64,000 nt of DNA, from contig JBFWNL010000002.1 in the NCBI GenBank assembly GCA_050251055.1, forward strand, positions 465,927-529,926, given 5' to 3'. The DNA is from Bacteriovoracia bacterium (GTDB lineage Bacteria > Bdellovibrionota > UBA1018 > JBFWNL01). This document shows, in pieces, positions 48,143 through 58,601 of the stretch. Every line of letters starts with the position of its first letter. The first letter of the stretch is position 1. The notes beneath the pieces were generated by a model that did not search any database, was not told where the DNA came from, and saw only the letters and a list, made by a program, of their open reading frames with translations. Made by a program: the position numbers and the translations under genes.

Positions 48143-48916
48143 TTATCGCACCACTCCCGATTCGCTGCTCTTGATAAATGAGAGGAACTGCTGAATTTCG
48201 GCCAGTTCGCCGTATTGGGATTCGATCTCCAGCAGGCACTGCTCCTTGGGAACGTCCGGGCGAACCCACAGCTTTAGAGATTCGTTGATCTTCGTGATCG
48301 TGTCGGCCTTCAAGCCGCGACGACGCAAGCCCACGATGTTAGCGCCTTTAATCGAGCAGGGCCGTTGGCCCAGCACGATACAAAAAGGTGGTACATCTTT
48401 CTCCACCCCAGACTGTCCCCCGATGTAGGAATGGGCTCCCAGGCGCACGAACTGCTTCACGCCGGTCATTCCCCCCACATTGACGTAGTCCTCAAGAATC
48501 ACGTGCCCCGCTAAACCCGTGTTGTTGGCGATGATGCAGTGGTTCCCGACGATACAGTCATGCCCAAGATGCACGTAGGCCATGAGCAGGTTTCCATCGC
48601 CGACCTGGGTCTTACCGCCGCCCTGGACGGTACCCAGGTTCAGGGTCACCGCCTCACGGATCATGTTCTTGTTGCCGATAATGAGGGTCGTGCGTTCGCC
48701 CTGGTACTTCAGGTCCTGTGGGATCGCCCCCAAAACACTGAACGGATAAATCACGTTATCCTCGCCAATGGTCGTCCAGCCTTCGACCACCACGTGGCTC
48801 ATGAGCTTGGTCCCCTTGGCAATCTTCACGTTGGGACCAATAACGCAATAAGGACCGACTTCCACCGAAGCGTGCAGTTCAGCGCCTTGGGCGATAATCG
48901 CGGTTGGATGAATCAT
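48143..48916 (-). CDS. lpxA: UDP-N-acetylglucosamine acyltransferase LpxA
   Basis: IHPTAII, PQDLKY, IRE.VT, HLGHDC, LAGHV, NIVGLRRRG. Confidence 0.95.
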   Translation of the reverse strand: MIHPTAIIAQGAELHASVEVGPYCVIGPNVKIAKGTKLMSHVVVEGWTTIGEDNVIYPFSVLGAIPQDLKYQGERTTLIIGNKNMIREAVTLNLGTVQGGGKTQVGDGNLLMAYVHLGHDCIVGNHCIIANNTGLAGHVILEDYVNVGGMTGVKQFVRLGAHSYIGGQSGVEKDVPPFCIVLGQRPCSIKGANIVGLRRRGLKADTITKINESLKLWVRPDVPKEQCLLEIESQYGELAEIQQFLSFIKSSESGVVR

Positions 48917-49407
48917 GCGGACTCCCCTTTTTCGTTGCGGATCAAATTCGCGAGGATCTCGGCCTCGGCCACCTTCTGGCCTTCGACCGTGATCTCAACC
49001 TGGAACATCCAGAGATTTCCCCGCCGCTTCACGACCGTGCTCTCGATGCGCAAGCTATCGCCAGGCACGACGGGGCGGCGGAAACGCGCGTTGTTCACGC
49101 CCACCAGGATGGTCTGAAATTTCTCCGAACGGCCTTCCGCGCCGACGAGCTCCGGATAGAGCGAAAATGCCGTCGCCTGCGCCATCGTCTCGATGAGCAA
49201 CACGCCCGGCACGATCGCGAAGTTAGGAAAATGGCCCTGCATGTAGGGTTCATTGATGGTGACGTTCTTTACCGCCACTACCTTCGTGCCCACGGACTCC
49301 TGCGTAACTTGAATATCCAAAACGCGGTCGACCAATAAGAAGGGAAATCGGTGCGGCAGGTAGCTTTGAATCTGGTCGGCCTGGATGGGAAAATTGATCT
49401 TCGTCAT
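48913..49407 (-). CDS. fabZ: 3-hydroxyacyl-ACP dehydratase FabZ
   Basis: [25 protein letters not shown]...[19 protein letters not shown]. Confidence 0.95.
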   Translation of the reverse strand: MTKINFPIQADQIQSYLPHRFPFLLVDRVLDIQVTQESVGTKVVAVKNVTINEPYMQGHFPNFAIVPGVLLIETMAQATAFSLYPELVGAEGRSEKFQTILVGVNNARFRRPVVPGDSLRIESTVVKRRGNLWMFQVEITVEGQKVAEAEILANLIRNEKGESA

Positions 49408-50501
49408 GATTCTTTCCGTTTGGATTTGCGGTCTCCCACCAGCTTATTCAACGCCGCATGAGCCTTGAAGTGCAGTCGATGGTCGCGCTGGGGATTGCCG
49501 GCCATCACGGCGCCGGGCTCGACATCTTTCGAAATGAGCGAAAGCGCGGCCACCTTCGCCCCCGCGCCCACATGCACCTTATTGATCACGCCGGTGAGGC
49601 CACCGATGTAAGCGTAAGGACCGACGCTGGAGTTTCCGGCGAGCGCGGTCGAACCGCAGATGACGGCGCCTTCACCCACATGGGCGTTGTGGGCCACTTG
49701 CACGTGATTATCGAGCTTGACGTGCTTTTCCAGGATCGTGTCGCCGAACGTACCGCGATCCACGCAGGCATTGGCACCGATCTCGACGTCGTCGCCTAAC
49801 ACCGCGCGCCCGCTGTGATGGATTTTCTGATGTCCCACGGGCTTGCCTTGCTCGATCTTCGGCGCGTAGCCGAAACCATCGGCGCCGATGACCGCGCCCG
49901 CGTGTACGCGCACGCGCGCGCCGATCTGGGAGTGGGAATAAATAGTCACATGGGGAAAGAGAGCGCAGTCATCGCCAACGCGCGAGTGCTCCCCCAAAAA
50001 AACGTGCGCCCTCAACACGCAACGCGCACCGAGACTCACTCCCGCCTCGATCACGCAACCCGGCCCCACCCAGCTGCCTTCGCCGATCGTCGCCGAGGCG
50101 TCCACCGTGGCCAGCGGATGCACGAACGTCCGTCCGGATGCCTGCGCTTCTCGCGCGACGGCCGGCTGTTCCGGGTTCGCGGCCACGAGCTTTTCGGTAC
50201 AGACCGCCATCGCCCAGTACGGATCCAGGCACGCAATCACGGCGGTGTGGCTCCAAAAAGGAAGCTTCGCCTGTTCGAGCGGGCGGGCGAACGGCTCCCC
50301 GATGATCAGAACGCCTGGCGCCGCCATCACCACTTCTTTTTCGTAATCGCGGGAAAAAAAGAAAGCCACATCGCGCTCGCCGGAGCCCACCAGCATCGAC
50401 GGTTTTTCAACCCGGATGGATTGCGCGCGCGCGCCGATCACGTCGCCGTTGACTAGCCTGCCCTTCGTCCATTGGAGGACGTCGGCGACGGTAAATGCCA
50501 T
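49404..50501 (-). CDS. lpxD: UDP-3-O-acylglucosamine N-acyltransferase LpxD
   Basis: Hexapeptide repeats, [28 protein letters not shown]. Confidence 0.94.
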   Translation of the reverse strand: MAFTVADVLQWTKGRLVNGDVIGARAQSIRVEKPSMLVGSGERDVAFFFSRDYEKEVVMAAPGVLIIGEPFARPLEQAKLPFWSHTAVIACLDPYWAMAVCTEKLVAANPEQPAVAREAQASGRTFVHPLATVDASATIGEGSWVGPGCVIEAGVSLGARCVLRAHVFLGEHSRVGDDCALFPHVTIYSHSQIGARVRVHAGAVIGADGFGYAPKIEQGKPVGHQKIHHSGRAVLGDDVEIGANACVDRGTFGDTILEKHVKLDNHVQVAHNAHVGEGAVICGSTALAGNSSVGPYAYIGGLTGVINKVHVGAGAKVAALSLISKDVEPGAVMAGNPQRDHRLHFKAHAALNKLVGDRKSKRKES

Positions 50502-50504
50502 GCC

Positions 50505-51059
50505 TTAGCTCTTGTTTTCTTTATTATAGGCCTCGATCACTTCGCTCGTAAGATCGTCTTTTTCGAGCGAGAAGAGCACGGTGTTCTCGTTCTTCTCGAG
50601 GATCACGGTGTACGACTTCTTGGCGGCGATGCCCTGGATGATTTTGCGCAGGTTTTTGATGATCGGCGCCGTGAGTTCTTGTTCTTTCTTCTGAATCTCC
50701 ATCTGGGAGCGGCCGGTCTCTTCCTGGAACTTCAGGATGCGCTGCTGGAGCTCTTGCTGCTTCTTGGCGCGGGTTTGGTCGTTCATGACCAGCGACTGCT
50801 TCTGGAAATCCTCGTGCATCTTCTTGATGGAAGCTTCTTCCTTCTGCAGCTCGTCTTTCTTCTTATTGAATTCTTTTTCCAGCTCGGAGCGGGCCTTCTT
50901 ACCCGCGCCCACGGTTTGGAGCGCCGTCTGCATGTCCACCGTGCCGATACGCACGCCAGCGGGAACATCCGCCGCCTGGGCGTATTGAAACAACGCAATC
51001 AGCAATACCGCCGGCAGGACCCAGCTCAAATAGCTCAAACAAACCATGACTTTTTTCAT
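50505..51059 (-). CDS. skp: OmpH/Skp periplasmic chaperone
   Basis: Signal peptide, IGTVDMQ, coiled coil, DLTSEVI; lies between bamA and lpxD; GAGGAG RBS. Confidence 0.9.
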   Translation of the reverse strand: MKKVMVCLSYLSWVLPAVLLIALFQYAQAADVPAGVRIGTVDMQTALQTVGAGKKARSELEKEFNKKKDELQKEEASIKKMHEDFQKQSLVMNDQTRAKKQQELQQRILKFQEETGRSQMEIQKKEQELTAPIIKNLRKIIQGIAAKKSYTVILEKNENTVLFSLEKDDLTSEVIEAYNKENKS

Positions 51060-51208
51060 GAATTTCTCCTCAACCCACCGGTAACGCACTACTCCCGGCA
51101 ATCCTCGTTAAATAATGGATCCCACTGCCAAATGCAAAAGCTATCCGTAGATATTCCATCAAACGCTAAGCGTTAAATTGGTCGATCAAGCTAGTCCAAC
51201 ATTGCCGT

Positions 51209-53581
51209 TTAGAACGGCGGGCCGATGAAGAATTGGAAGACAGGTCCACTGTCCTCGCCCGGCTGCACGCCCATCGGAAAGCCCCACTCGAAGCGAAGCG
51301 GGCCGATCGGCGAAAACCAGCGGAAGCCGAAGCCCCAGTCGGTGCGCAGATAGAAGGGTTCGCCGCCCGTGCCGGGAAAACGATCAAAGAGATTACCGGC
51401 GTCGAAGAAGAGCACCCATTTCAAACCCGCTTCGCGAATGAGCGGGTATTCCACTTCAAACATCGTAAAGAGCTCGACCGCTCCGCCGTTTGCCCGCGAT
51501 GCGAGCTGGCCGTTCACGTTAGTGTAAACCGTCTGGTCGCCCAACGAGAAGAAGTTGTAGCCGCGCATGTTGTTCGGGCCACCCAGGTAAAACTTTTCGG
51601 ACGAAGGCAGCGAGTATCCACCGATTTCGGCCATCTGCCCATACTCGAGGTTGGAGCGGAAGACCAAGTCGCCGATGAGGCGCTTATAGTAGCGGCCGTT
51701 CATGATCCACTTCAGGAATTTCTTGTCCCCGCCCACGCCGGCCGTTTCGAGCGATACGCTTTGGTAGTTGCCTTCGGTCGTCTCGTAGCGGTTGTTGCGC
51801 TTATCGCGCACCACGCTCGTGGTAACGCTAGAAAGGATCCCCTCGTCGGACGCCGGCGGGTAGCCTGGCTGCTGGCGCTGGATAATGTTCAGGCTCTCGT
51901 TCTTATAGGTTAGGTACGCGTTGAGGTCATCCATGAGGGGATAACCCAAGCGGACATCAAAGCCGATGCGGCGGCCCGCGAACGCGTTCGGAATCGAGAA
52001 AATCGTCGAATAAACGTCGAAGCCCATCGACCACTTCGTGTCGAAGGCATACGGGTCGGTGAAGCCTAGGTTGATCGAGCGCTGCAGGTTATCCAGCGCA
52101 TACTGAGCCTGCAAGCTCAACACCTGACCGCGACCAAGCAGGTTGATTTCCGAGATCTGCGTGGTGAAGAAGAACTTCTGGACGCTGCCGTAGCCCGCAC
52201 CCAAAGTCACGGTACCGGTGGAACGTTCCTTCACCTGAATTTCGATGTCGACGAGATCGTCACGGCCCTTGCGCGTGACCTGGTTGAAAACCACTTCCCC
52301 CGGAGCGAAGTACCCTAAGCGCTCTACGCGCTCGCGGGAAATACGGAGGTTCGTGCCGTTATAAAGCTCGCCTTCATGCACGCGCATCTCGCGGCGGATG
52401 ACCTTATCGTGCGTCTTCGAGTTGCCGACCATGTTGATCTCGCCGAAGTAAACGAGATTGCCCTTCTCGAAGTAGTATTCCATGTCGATCGTGCGCTTCT
52501 CTTCGTTGAAGTTCATCTTGGGGATGACGTTCACGAACGCGTAACCGAGGTCCTGGTACTTTTCCGTCAGGCGCTGGATGTCCAGGTTGCGCTCGGTGAT
52601 CTTGAAGGTTTTTTCCTGGGTGAGCAGCAGATCGGTCGCCAGCTCATCCTTCGAAAATAGTAGGTCGCCGCCGAAGTCGATGTTGTTCATCGAGTACTGC
52701 TCGCCCTCGTCGACGTAGATCGAAATGTACAGCCAACGTTTATCGTCGCTGACCGTCACGACGGGGTTCTCGTAGCGGAACTTCACGTATCCATGATCCA
52801 GATACCAATAAGTGAGCCGCTGCAGGTCTTGCTTGAACGCGGTTTCCTTGAAGTTACCCGAGCTATTGATAAACGACCAGAAGCTGCCCTCCTGGGTTTC
52901 CCCGAAGGTGGCCTTCAGCGCTTCCTGCGAAAATTTCTTGTTATTAAGGAAGGTGATCTTCTTGATCTGGACTTTCTCGTAGTCATTGATCTTGAACGCG
53001 ACGTGGACTTCGTCTTCCTTGCCCTTCACCGGCGTGATGTCGAAATTCACCTTCGCCAGGTAAAAGCCGCGGTCCTCGTAGTGCTTCTGAATTTTTCCCG
53101 CGTCCTCGCGCAGCCGATTGACGTCCAGGATCGACCATTCCTTGGTCTTCACCACGTCGGTGAGCTCATCGGTGTCGATGCGTTCGTTCCCCTCGAACTT
53201 CAGCTCAGAGATCACGGGCCGCTCGCGCAGCTCGTAGGTCAAAGCGATTCCGCCCGCCACTTCGGAGGCGCTCACTTCGATGTCATGGAAAAAACCCATA
53301 TCGTAGACGGACTGAATGTCCTTCTTGATGGAGTCGCGGCTGAGATTGTGACCTTTTTGAGTCACGAGCTTGCCCAGGATCGCGTCCTTCTCGATCCGCT
53401 TCATGCCCGTAACATCGATCTGTACGACACGCTTGCCCTCAAAGGAGCGGAGCGGGGAATCGGTGGTCACTTTGAGTGGAGGGGCAGCGTGCGCGCCCAC
53501 TGAGAGGACGGCTCCTACTCCCAAGCAGATTAAGCCCAAGAAGACGGATCGACGTTGCCACTGCTTTCCGAATAGTTTCAC
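51209..53581 (-). CDS. bamA: Outer membrane protein assembly factor BamA
   Basis: POTRA domains, KERSTG, MRGY loop, RWFSPIGPLRF, C-terminal FFIGPPF. Confidence 0.96.
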   Translation of the reverse strand: MKLFGKQWQRRSVFLGLICLGVGAVLSVGAHAAPPLKVTTDSPLRSFEGKRVVQIDVTGMKRIEKDAILGKLVTQKGHNLSRDSIKKDIQSVYDMGFFHDIEVSASEVAGGIALTYELRERPVISELKFEGNERIDTDELTDVVKTKEWSILDVNRLREDAGKIQKHYEDRGFYLAKVNFDITPVKGKEDEVHVAFKINDYEKVQIKKITFLNNKKFSQEALKATFGETQEGSFWSFINSSGNFKETAFKQDLQRLTYWYLDHGYVKFRYENPVVTVSDDKRWLYISIYVDEGEQYSMNNIDFGGDLLFSKDELATDLLLTQEKTFKITERNLDIQRLTEKYQDLGYAFVNVIPKMNFNEEKRTIDMEYYFEKGNLVYFGEINMVGNSKTHDKVIRREMRVHEGELYNGTNLRISRERVERLGYFAPGEVVFNQVTRKGRDDLVDIEIQVKERSTGTVTLGAGYGSVQKFFFTTQISEINLLGRGQVLSLQAQYALDNLQRSINLGFTDPYAFDTKWSMGFDVYSTIFSIPNAFAGRRIGFDVRLGYPLMDDLNAYLTYKNESLNIIQRQQPGYPPASDEGILSSVTTSVVRDKRNNRYETTEGNYQSVSLETAGVGGDKKFLKWIMNGRYYKRLIGDLVFRSNLEYGQMAEIGGYSLPSSEKFYLGGPNNMRGYNFFSLGDQTVYTNVNGQLASRANGGAVELFTMFEVEYPLIREAGLKWVLFFDAGNLFDRFPGTGGEPFYLRTDWGFGFRWFSPIGPLRFEWGFPMGVQPGEDSGPVFQFFIGPPF

Positions 53582-53590
53582 TAGCTTTTA

Positions 53591-53619
53591 TCTGTAGGGG
53601 CACCGCGAGACCGTGTCAA
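53591..53619 (-). promoter_or_regulatory. Sigma70-type promoter of bamA
   Basis: TTGACA-17-TACAGA ending 9 nt before the GTG. Confidence 0.5.
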
Positions 53620-53683
53620 TTTTATATCGCGAATTTCGCAGAGCGTCGACCACTTTCCGCAGCCGCGTCAATTTTGGTGGAAA

Positions 53684-54424
53684 TTACTTCGCAGGAACGA
53701 TTCGACCGTCTTCCATCACGACCGAGCGGTGCATCCGCTCCGCGAGCGAAAGGTCGTGCGTCACAATGATGATCGAGATCCCGGTCGCTTGATTCAGCTC
53801 GGTCAGAAGTGACATGACGATCTCCTCGTTAGCCGAATCCAAGTTGCCCGTCAGCTCGTCCGCCAAAAGCAGCTTAGGCCGCAAGATTACGGCGCGCGCG
53901 ATCGATACCCGCTGCTGCTCGCCGCCCGATAGCTCACTGGGTCGATGGGACAAGCGGTGCTCCAGTCCGACGAACTTCAGAAGCTCGCGTGCCTGCTTCT
54001 CGGCCGAACCCCGGGGGTGGCCCGCGATCAAGGCCGGCATCATCACGTTCTCGAGCGCGGAGAACTCCGGCAGGAGGTAGTGAAACTGAAAAACGAAGCC
54101 CATCGTCTTATTACGGAAACGCGCGAGTTCCGTGTCGGAATAAGCAAAGACGTTATCGCGATTCTTACCGAAGAGAACTTTACCCTGGGTGGGCGCCTCG
54201 AGCGTACCGATCACGTGCAGAAGGGTGCTCTTGCCCACGCCGGACGCACCGGTAATCGCGATCATCTCACCGCTGCGAATCTGCAGATCGATGCCCTTCA
54301 AAACGACCACTTCTTCGCGTCCCTTACGGAAACTCTTGGTCAATCCCTCGACTGCAATCAACGGCGAAGCCGAGGGAGTGGTCCCGGCCGATGGCCCGCT
54401 CGTGGTTCCCGACACCTCAGTCAT
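53684..54424 (-). CDS. lolD: Lipoprotein-releasing ABC transporter ATPase LolD
   Basis: GASGVGKST, GFVFQFHYLLPEFSALENV, LSGGEQQRV, ADE.TGNLD. Confidence 0.92.
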   Translation of the reverse strand: MTEVSGTTSGPSAGTTPSASPLIAVEGLTKSFRKGREEVVVLKGIDLQIRSGEMIAITGASGVGKSTLLHVIGTLEAPTQGKVLFGKNRDNVFAYSDTELARFRNKTMGFVFQFHYLLPEFSALENVMMPALIAGHPRGSAEKQARELLKFVGLEHRLSHRPSELSGGEQQRVSIARAVILRPKLLLADELTGNLDSANEEIVMSLLTELNQATGISIIIVTHDLSLAERMHRSVVMEDGRIVPAK

Positions 54425-55667
54425 GCCTCAATCCTTCCAACGGCTTCCGCCAACTTACGCGCAACGCCGGATAAAGCGTCGCCAGGAAACAAATTCCCAA
54501 GGCGGCCGCGCAGATGATCCCAACTTCGCTCCAACGCAGCACAACCGGCAGGAAGCCGATGTTATACACGTCCGCCGGCAGGCGAACCAGGTCCGTATTC
54601 GCAATCAGGGCGTTCGCGCCCAGGCCCAGCAGTACGCCCAAGCCGATCCCAACCGTGCCAATGGCCATACCGATATAGCAAAACAGCCGGAAACTCTGCG
54701 CCGGACGGAAACCCATGGCTTTGAGGATCGCGATTTCCTTCGTCTTGTCATGGATCATCATCATCAGCGTGCTTACGACGTTGAACGCCGCGACCACCAC
54801 GATCGCCGTAAGCAGCACGGCGATCACGCGTTTTTCGATGCGAATCGCGTAAAAAAGATTCTTATGCAGCTGCCCCCAGTCCTTCGCGCGGAAAGGATAG
54901 CCGAACTGATCGCTGAGATCGCGCGCGACTTTTTCGCTATCGGCCCCGGGCGCCAACTTGAGCTTAAAGGTAGTCCCTTTGTCAGGCTCCTGCGCTAGCT
55001 CCTGCACGGTGCCGATGGTGCTAAAGACCATTTTCGAATCGTAGTGGTACATGCCTACCTTCACGATCCCCACGACGGTCGCTTCGACGACCTTGGACGG
55101 GCGCAGCTCCGAATCGGGAGCATCGATTCCTTCGCCCACGAAAGGCAGGATGATTCGCACCACATCGCCCGTTTTGGCGCCAATGCGTTCCGCGATGGCG
55201 TCCCCTAACACGACTTCCTTGCGAGCGCCCGGCAGCACATCCGTCGGCATCGAGCCCGAAACGATGCGATTAGGGATTTCCGTGACATGCCCGATTGTTT
55301 TCGGATCGATCCCGTCCAAAACCGCTCCCGCGACCCCATTGGGACCCGAGACCATGAGCTCGATCAGAAAGGATTCCGACAGTCCCTTTACCTGGCCACC
55401 GATGCGGCGGATCTTGTCCCGGACCTCGTCATTGAGCTCAATCGGTGTGCGCGAATAAAGCAGCACATCACCCTGAATTCCGGTGATCGCCTTCGCCAGC
55501 TCGCCTTCGAATCCATTGATGACGCTCGTCACGGTGGTGAGCGCCAACACGCCCAAGCCTACGCCCATCACGGAAACCCACGCGATGAAGGAAAGAAAGT
55601 GATCGGAGGCCTTGGAGAGAAGGAAGCGAAGCGCAATGAGTGGGATCACATTGGTGCGGGAGGCCAT
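54417..55667 (-). CDS. lolC: Lipoprotein-releasing ABC transporter permease LolC/E
   Basis: SVINGFEGEL, VAAFNVVSTL.M...DKTKEIAILKAMG, ATLYPA. Start 55667 or 55694. Confidence 0.9.
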   Translation of the reverse strand: MASRTNVIPLIALRFLLSKASDHFLSFIAWVSVMGVGLGVLALTTVTSVINGFEGELAKAITGIQGDVLLYSRTPIELNDEVRDKIRRIGGQVKGLSESFLIELMVSGPNGVAGAVLDGIDPKTIGHVTEIPNRIVSGSMPTDVLPGARKEVVLGDAIAERIGAKTGDVVRIILPFVGEGIDAPDSELRPSKVVEATVVGIVKVGMYHYDSKMVFSTIGTVQELAQEPDKGTTFKLKLAPGADSEKVARDLSDQFGYPFRAKDWGQLHKNLFYAIRIEKRVIAVLLTAIVVVAAFNVVSTLMMMIHDKTKEIAILKAMGFRPAQSFRLFCYIGMAIGTVGIGLGVLLGLGANALIANTDLVRLPADVYNIGFLPVVLRWSEVGIICAAALGICFLATLYPALRVSWRKPLEGLRHD

Positions 55668-55709
55668 TCGCTTAGTTTTCTCACCTGATTGCAAAACAGC
55701 GCAAGGGGA

Positions 55710-57284
55710 TTATTTGGCGTGCGGCCGCATGAGCGGAAAGAGAATCACGTCGCGGATGCTCGCGGAATCCGTCATGAGCATGGTCAGGCGGTCAATCCCG
55801 ATGCCTTGGCCGGCCGCAGGCGGCATCGCGTACTCCAGCGCCGTCACGTAGTCCTCGTCCATATCGCAGGCTTCTTCGTTACCGGCATTCTTTTCGGAGA
55901 CCTGGGCCTTAAATCGCTCCAATTGATCGACGGGATCGTTGAGCTCCGAGAACGCGTTCGCCATCTCGCGCGCGCAGATATAGAGCTCAAAGCGGTCGAC
56001 TAAGAAGGGATCTTTTTCATTCTGGCGCGAAAGCGGCGAGACATCGAGCGGGTAATGCGTGACGAACGTGGGCTGTATGAGCTGCGCCTCGACCTCTTCG
56101 TCGAAGATGACCATCATCAAGGCGCCCGTGGGCATCTTCTTCGTCATCGGCAGTTTCTTTTCCGCGCCGTAAGCCAGCAGCGCGTCGCGATCACGCAACT
56201 TCGCCCGGTCCTTGAACCCGGAGTATTTAATGATCGAATCTTCCACGCCAATGCGTTGCCAGGCGGTGCCCAAGTCAATGGCCTGGCCTTGATAGGTCAA
56301 CTGCTCGCTCCCTACGACCTCACGGGCGATGCGTTTGAAAAGCTCCTCCGTAAGGGGCATCAGGTCTTCGTAGGTCGCGTAAGCCTGGTAGAACTCGATC
56401 ATCGTAAACTCGGGATTGTGCTTCACCGAGATGCCTTCATTGCGGAAGTTGCGGTTGATCTCAAAAACGCGATCAAAGCCACCCACGACCAGGCGCTTGA
56501 GGTAAAGCTCCGGGGCGATGCGCATGAACAAGCGCATATCCAACGTATTATGGTGCGTGACGAACGGACGCGCGGTCGCGCCCCCCGCCACGGGGTGCAT
56601 CATCGGCGTTTCCACCTCGAGATAGTCGCGCTCCAAGAAGAACTGGCGCATGACCTCGATGATCTTCGAGCGCTTGCGGAAAACCTCGCGTGACTCGGGC
56701 GTCATGATGAGATCCAGATAACGCTGACGGTAGCGAATCTCGACGTCGGCGATGCCGTGAAACTTCTCCGGCAGCGGGCGCAGCGCCTTGCTCACGAGGG
56801 TGAGTTTTTCGACGTGAATCGAAAGCTCGTCGGTCTTCGTCTTGAATGCCTTGCCTTCGGCGAAAACGACGTCGCCGATGTCCATTTCCTTGAACTGAGC
56901 GTAGACGGCTTCGCCCAAAGAATCCTTTTGCACAAAGAGCTGGATCACTCCGCTGCGGTCCTGCAGTTTCACGAACGCAGCCTTGCCAAAGCTGCGAATG
57001 GCCATGATGCGTCCGGCGACGGAGTATACCGCGGTGGTGGTCTCAAGCTCTTCCTTGGACTTCTTCCCGTGAGCCGCGTGGATGTCGCGGGCTAACCCAC
57101 TCGGCTGCAGTCCGTTCTTATAAGGATTCTCGCCGCGCTCGCGGATCTTCTTCAGCTTATCGAAGCGGACCTGGACCTGATCGCTTAAGTCGTTTGCCGC
57201 GCCCACCGGTACGACCGGCGTGGCCGTTTTCGGCTTTGGCGTCGAGCTTTGAGGGGAGCCGCTCCCTGGTCCCGCACCCGACAT
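55710..57284 (-). CDS. lysS: Lysine--tRNA ligase (class II)
   Basis: PLPEKFHG, YRQRYLDL, RIAPELYLKRL, FRNEG...HNPEFT, GIGIDRL, IRDVILFP. Confidence 0.98.
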   Translation of the reverse strand: MSGAGPGSGSPQSSTPKPKTATPVVPVGAANDLSDQVQVRFDKLKKIRERGENPYKNGLQPSGLARDIHAAHGKKSKEELETTTAVYSVAGRIMAIRSFGKAAFVKLQDRSGVIQLFVQKDSLGEAVYAQFKEMDIGDVVFAEGKAFKTKTDELSIHVEKLTLVSKALRPLPEKFHGIADVEIRYRQRYLDLIMTPESREVFRKRSKIIEVMRQFFLERDYLEVETPMMHPVAGGATARPFVTHHNTLDMRLFMRIAPELYLKRLVVGGFDRVFEINRNFRNEGISVKHNPEFTMIEFYQAYATYEDLMPLTEELFKRIAREVVGSEQLTYQGQAIDLGTAWQRIGVEDSIIKYSGFKDRAKLRDRDALLAYGAEKKLPMTKKMPTGALMMVIFDEEVEAQLIQPTFVTHYPLDVSPLSRQNEKDPFLVDRFELYICAREMANAFSELNDPVDQLERFKAQVSEKNAGNEEACDMDEDYVTALEYAMPPAAGQGIGIDRLTMLMTDSASIRDVILFPLMRPHAK

Positions 57285-57285
57285 T

Positions 57286-58221
57286 TTAATGGATTCCTTC
57301 GGCAGCCAAGAAGCGCTCGGCATCGAGCGCGGCCATGCAGCCGGTGCCCGCGGCGGTGACCGCCTGGCGGTAAACGTGATCGGCGACGTCGCCCGCGGCG
57401 AAAACGCCCGGGATGTTTGTGCGCGTGGTGCCCGGCTCGACGACGAGATAGCCGGTGTCGTCCATCTTCAGCACGCTCTTGAAGAGATGCGTGTTCGGCA
57501 CGTGTCCGATCGCCATGAATACCCCATGAAGCGGAATATCCTGGGTGGCGCCGGTCTGGAAGTTCTTCACGCGGATGCCGGTGACGCCCTGTTTACCTAA
57601 AATTTCCTCGATGCCCGAATTGAGCAAGAACTTGATCTTGGAGTTGGCGCGCGCCTTATCAATCATGATCTTGCTGGCGCGGAATTCCTCGCGGCGGTGG
57701 ATCAGGAGCACCGACTTGGCGAATTTCGTGAGGAAGGTCGCTTCCTCCATCGCGCTGTCGCCACCGCCCACAACCGCCACGTCTTGATTCTTGAAGAAAA
57801 ATCCGTCGCAGGTCGCGCAGGCGGATACACCCTTGCCTTGCAGCTTCTTTTCGGACGGAATGCCCAACCACTTGGCGGAAGCCCCGGTGGCGATGATCAA
57901 CGTTTGGGTCTGCGTCTTGCGGCCGTCGGCGAATTCCACCGTGAACGGGCGGCGCGAGAGGTCGACCTTCTGGACGTCTCCCTGCACGAAACGCGTGCCG
58001 AAGCGCGCGGCCTGGTCGCGGAACTGCGTCATGAGCTCGGGGCCCATAATCCCTTTCGCGAAGCCCGGATAGTTTTCCACGTCGCTCGTGATGGTGAGCT
58101 GCCCACCGGGCTGCGTCCCCTCCACGCACAGGGGCGAGAGGTTCGCACGCGCGGCGTAGATCGCCGCCGTCAGCCCCGCGGGACCGGTGCCGATAATCGT
58201 AACGGATTCTGTCTTATCCAC
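57286..58221 (-). CDS. trxB: Thioredoxin reductase
   Basis: IIGTGPAG, GGQL, VENYPGF, CATCDG, VGGGDSA.EEA, YRQAVTAAG.GC. Confidence 0.96.
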   Translation of the reverse strand: MDKTESVTIIGTGPAGLTAAIYAARANLSPLCVEGTQPGGQLTITSDVENYPGFAKGIMGPELMTQFRDQAARFGTRFVQGDVQKVDLSRRPFTVEFADGRKTQTQTLIIATGASAKWLGIPSEKKLQGKGVSACATCDGFFFKNQDVAVVGGGDSAMEEATFLTKFAKSVLLIHRREEFRASKIMIDKARANSKIKFLLNSGIEEILGKQGVTGIRVKNFQTGATQDIPLHGVFMAIGHVPNTHLFKSVLKMDDTGYLVVEPGTTRTNIPGVFAAGDVADHVYRQAVTAAGTGCMAALDAERFLAAEGIH

Positions 58222-58224
58222 GAT

Positions 58225-58443
58225 TTACTTGTATTCGGGAGAATGCATGCCAGCCGAAGGACGATCGGTGTCGTCGGCGGCCAAGGCATCGAGGCTAACC
58301 CAAGTGGCGTTCTCCGAATCATCGGGAAGGCCTTTCAAGAACGTGTCCACGTCCGTGGATTTCACCACGGAACGGTTCACGTTTTTCTCCACCAAACGGG
58401 TGTCGAACTTCTTACCTGCAATCGCTTCGTCGAGAAGTACCAT
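58225..58443 (-). CDS. Small acidic hypothetical protein, 72 aa
   Basis: FDTRLVEKNV...FLKGLPDDSEN; stop lies 3 nt before the trxB start. Confidence 0.75.
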   Translation of the reverse strand: MVLLDEAIAGKKFDTRLVEKNVNRSVVKSTDVDTFLKGLPDDSENATWVSLDALAADDTDRPSAGMHSPEYK

Positions 58444-58452
58444 AGGGGGCTA

Positions 58453-58481
58453 GAGATAGATCGGTTGAAGTAACGTGTCAA
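58453..58481 (-). promoter_or_regulatory. Sigma70 promoter heading the hypothetical-trxB-lysS-lol run
   Basis: TTGACA-17-TATCTC ending 9 nt before ATG 58443; no SD. Confidence 0.55.
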
Positions 58482-58601
58482 TTACTTTGGTGTTTTGGGG
58501 TTTTTCGGGCGCCCGACCGGGACTCCCCCTACCCGGGACGCAGCCAATGACGTTTATTACAGTAATAACCGAGGCTTTCGCGCTACAATCAGGGGCGTAA
58601 G

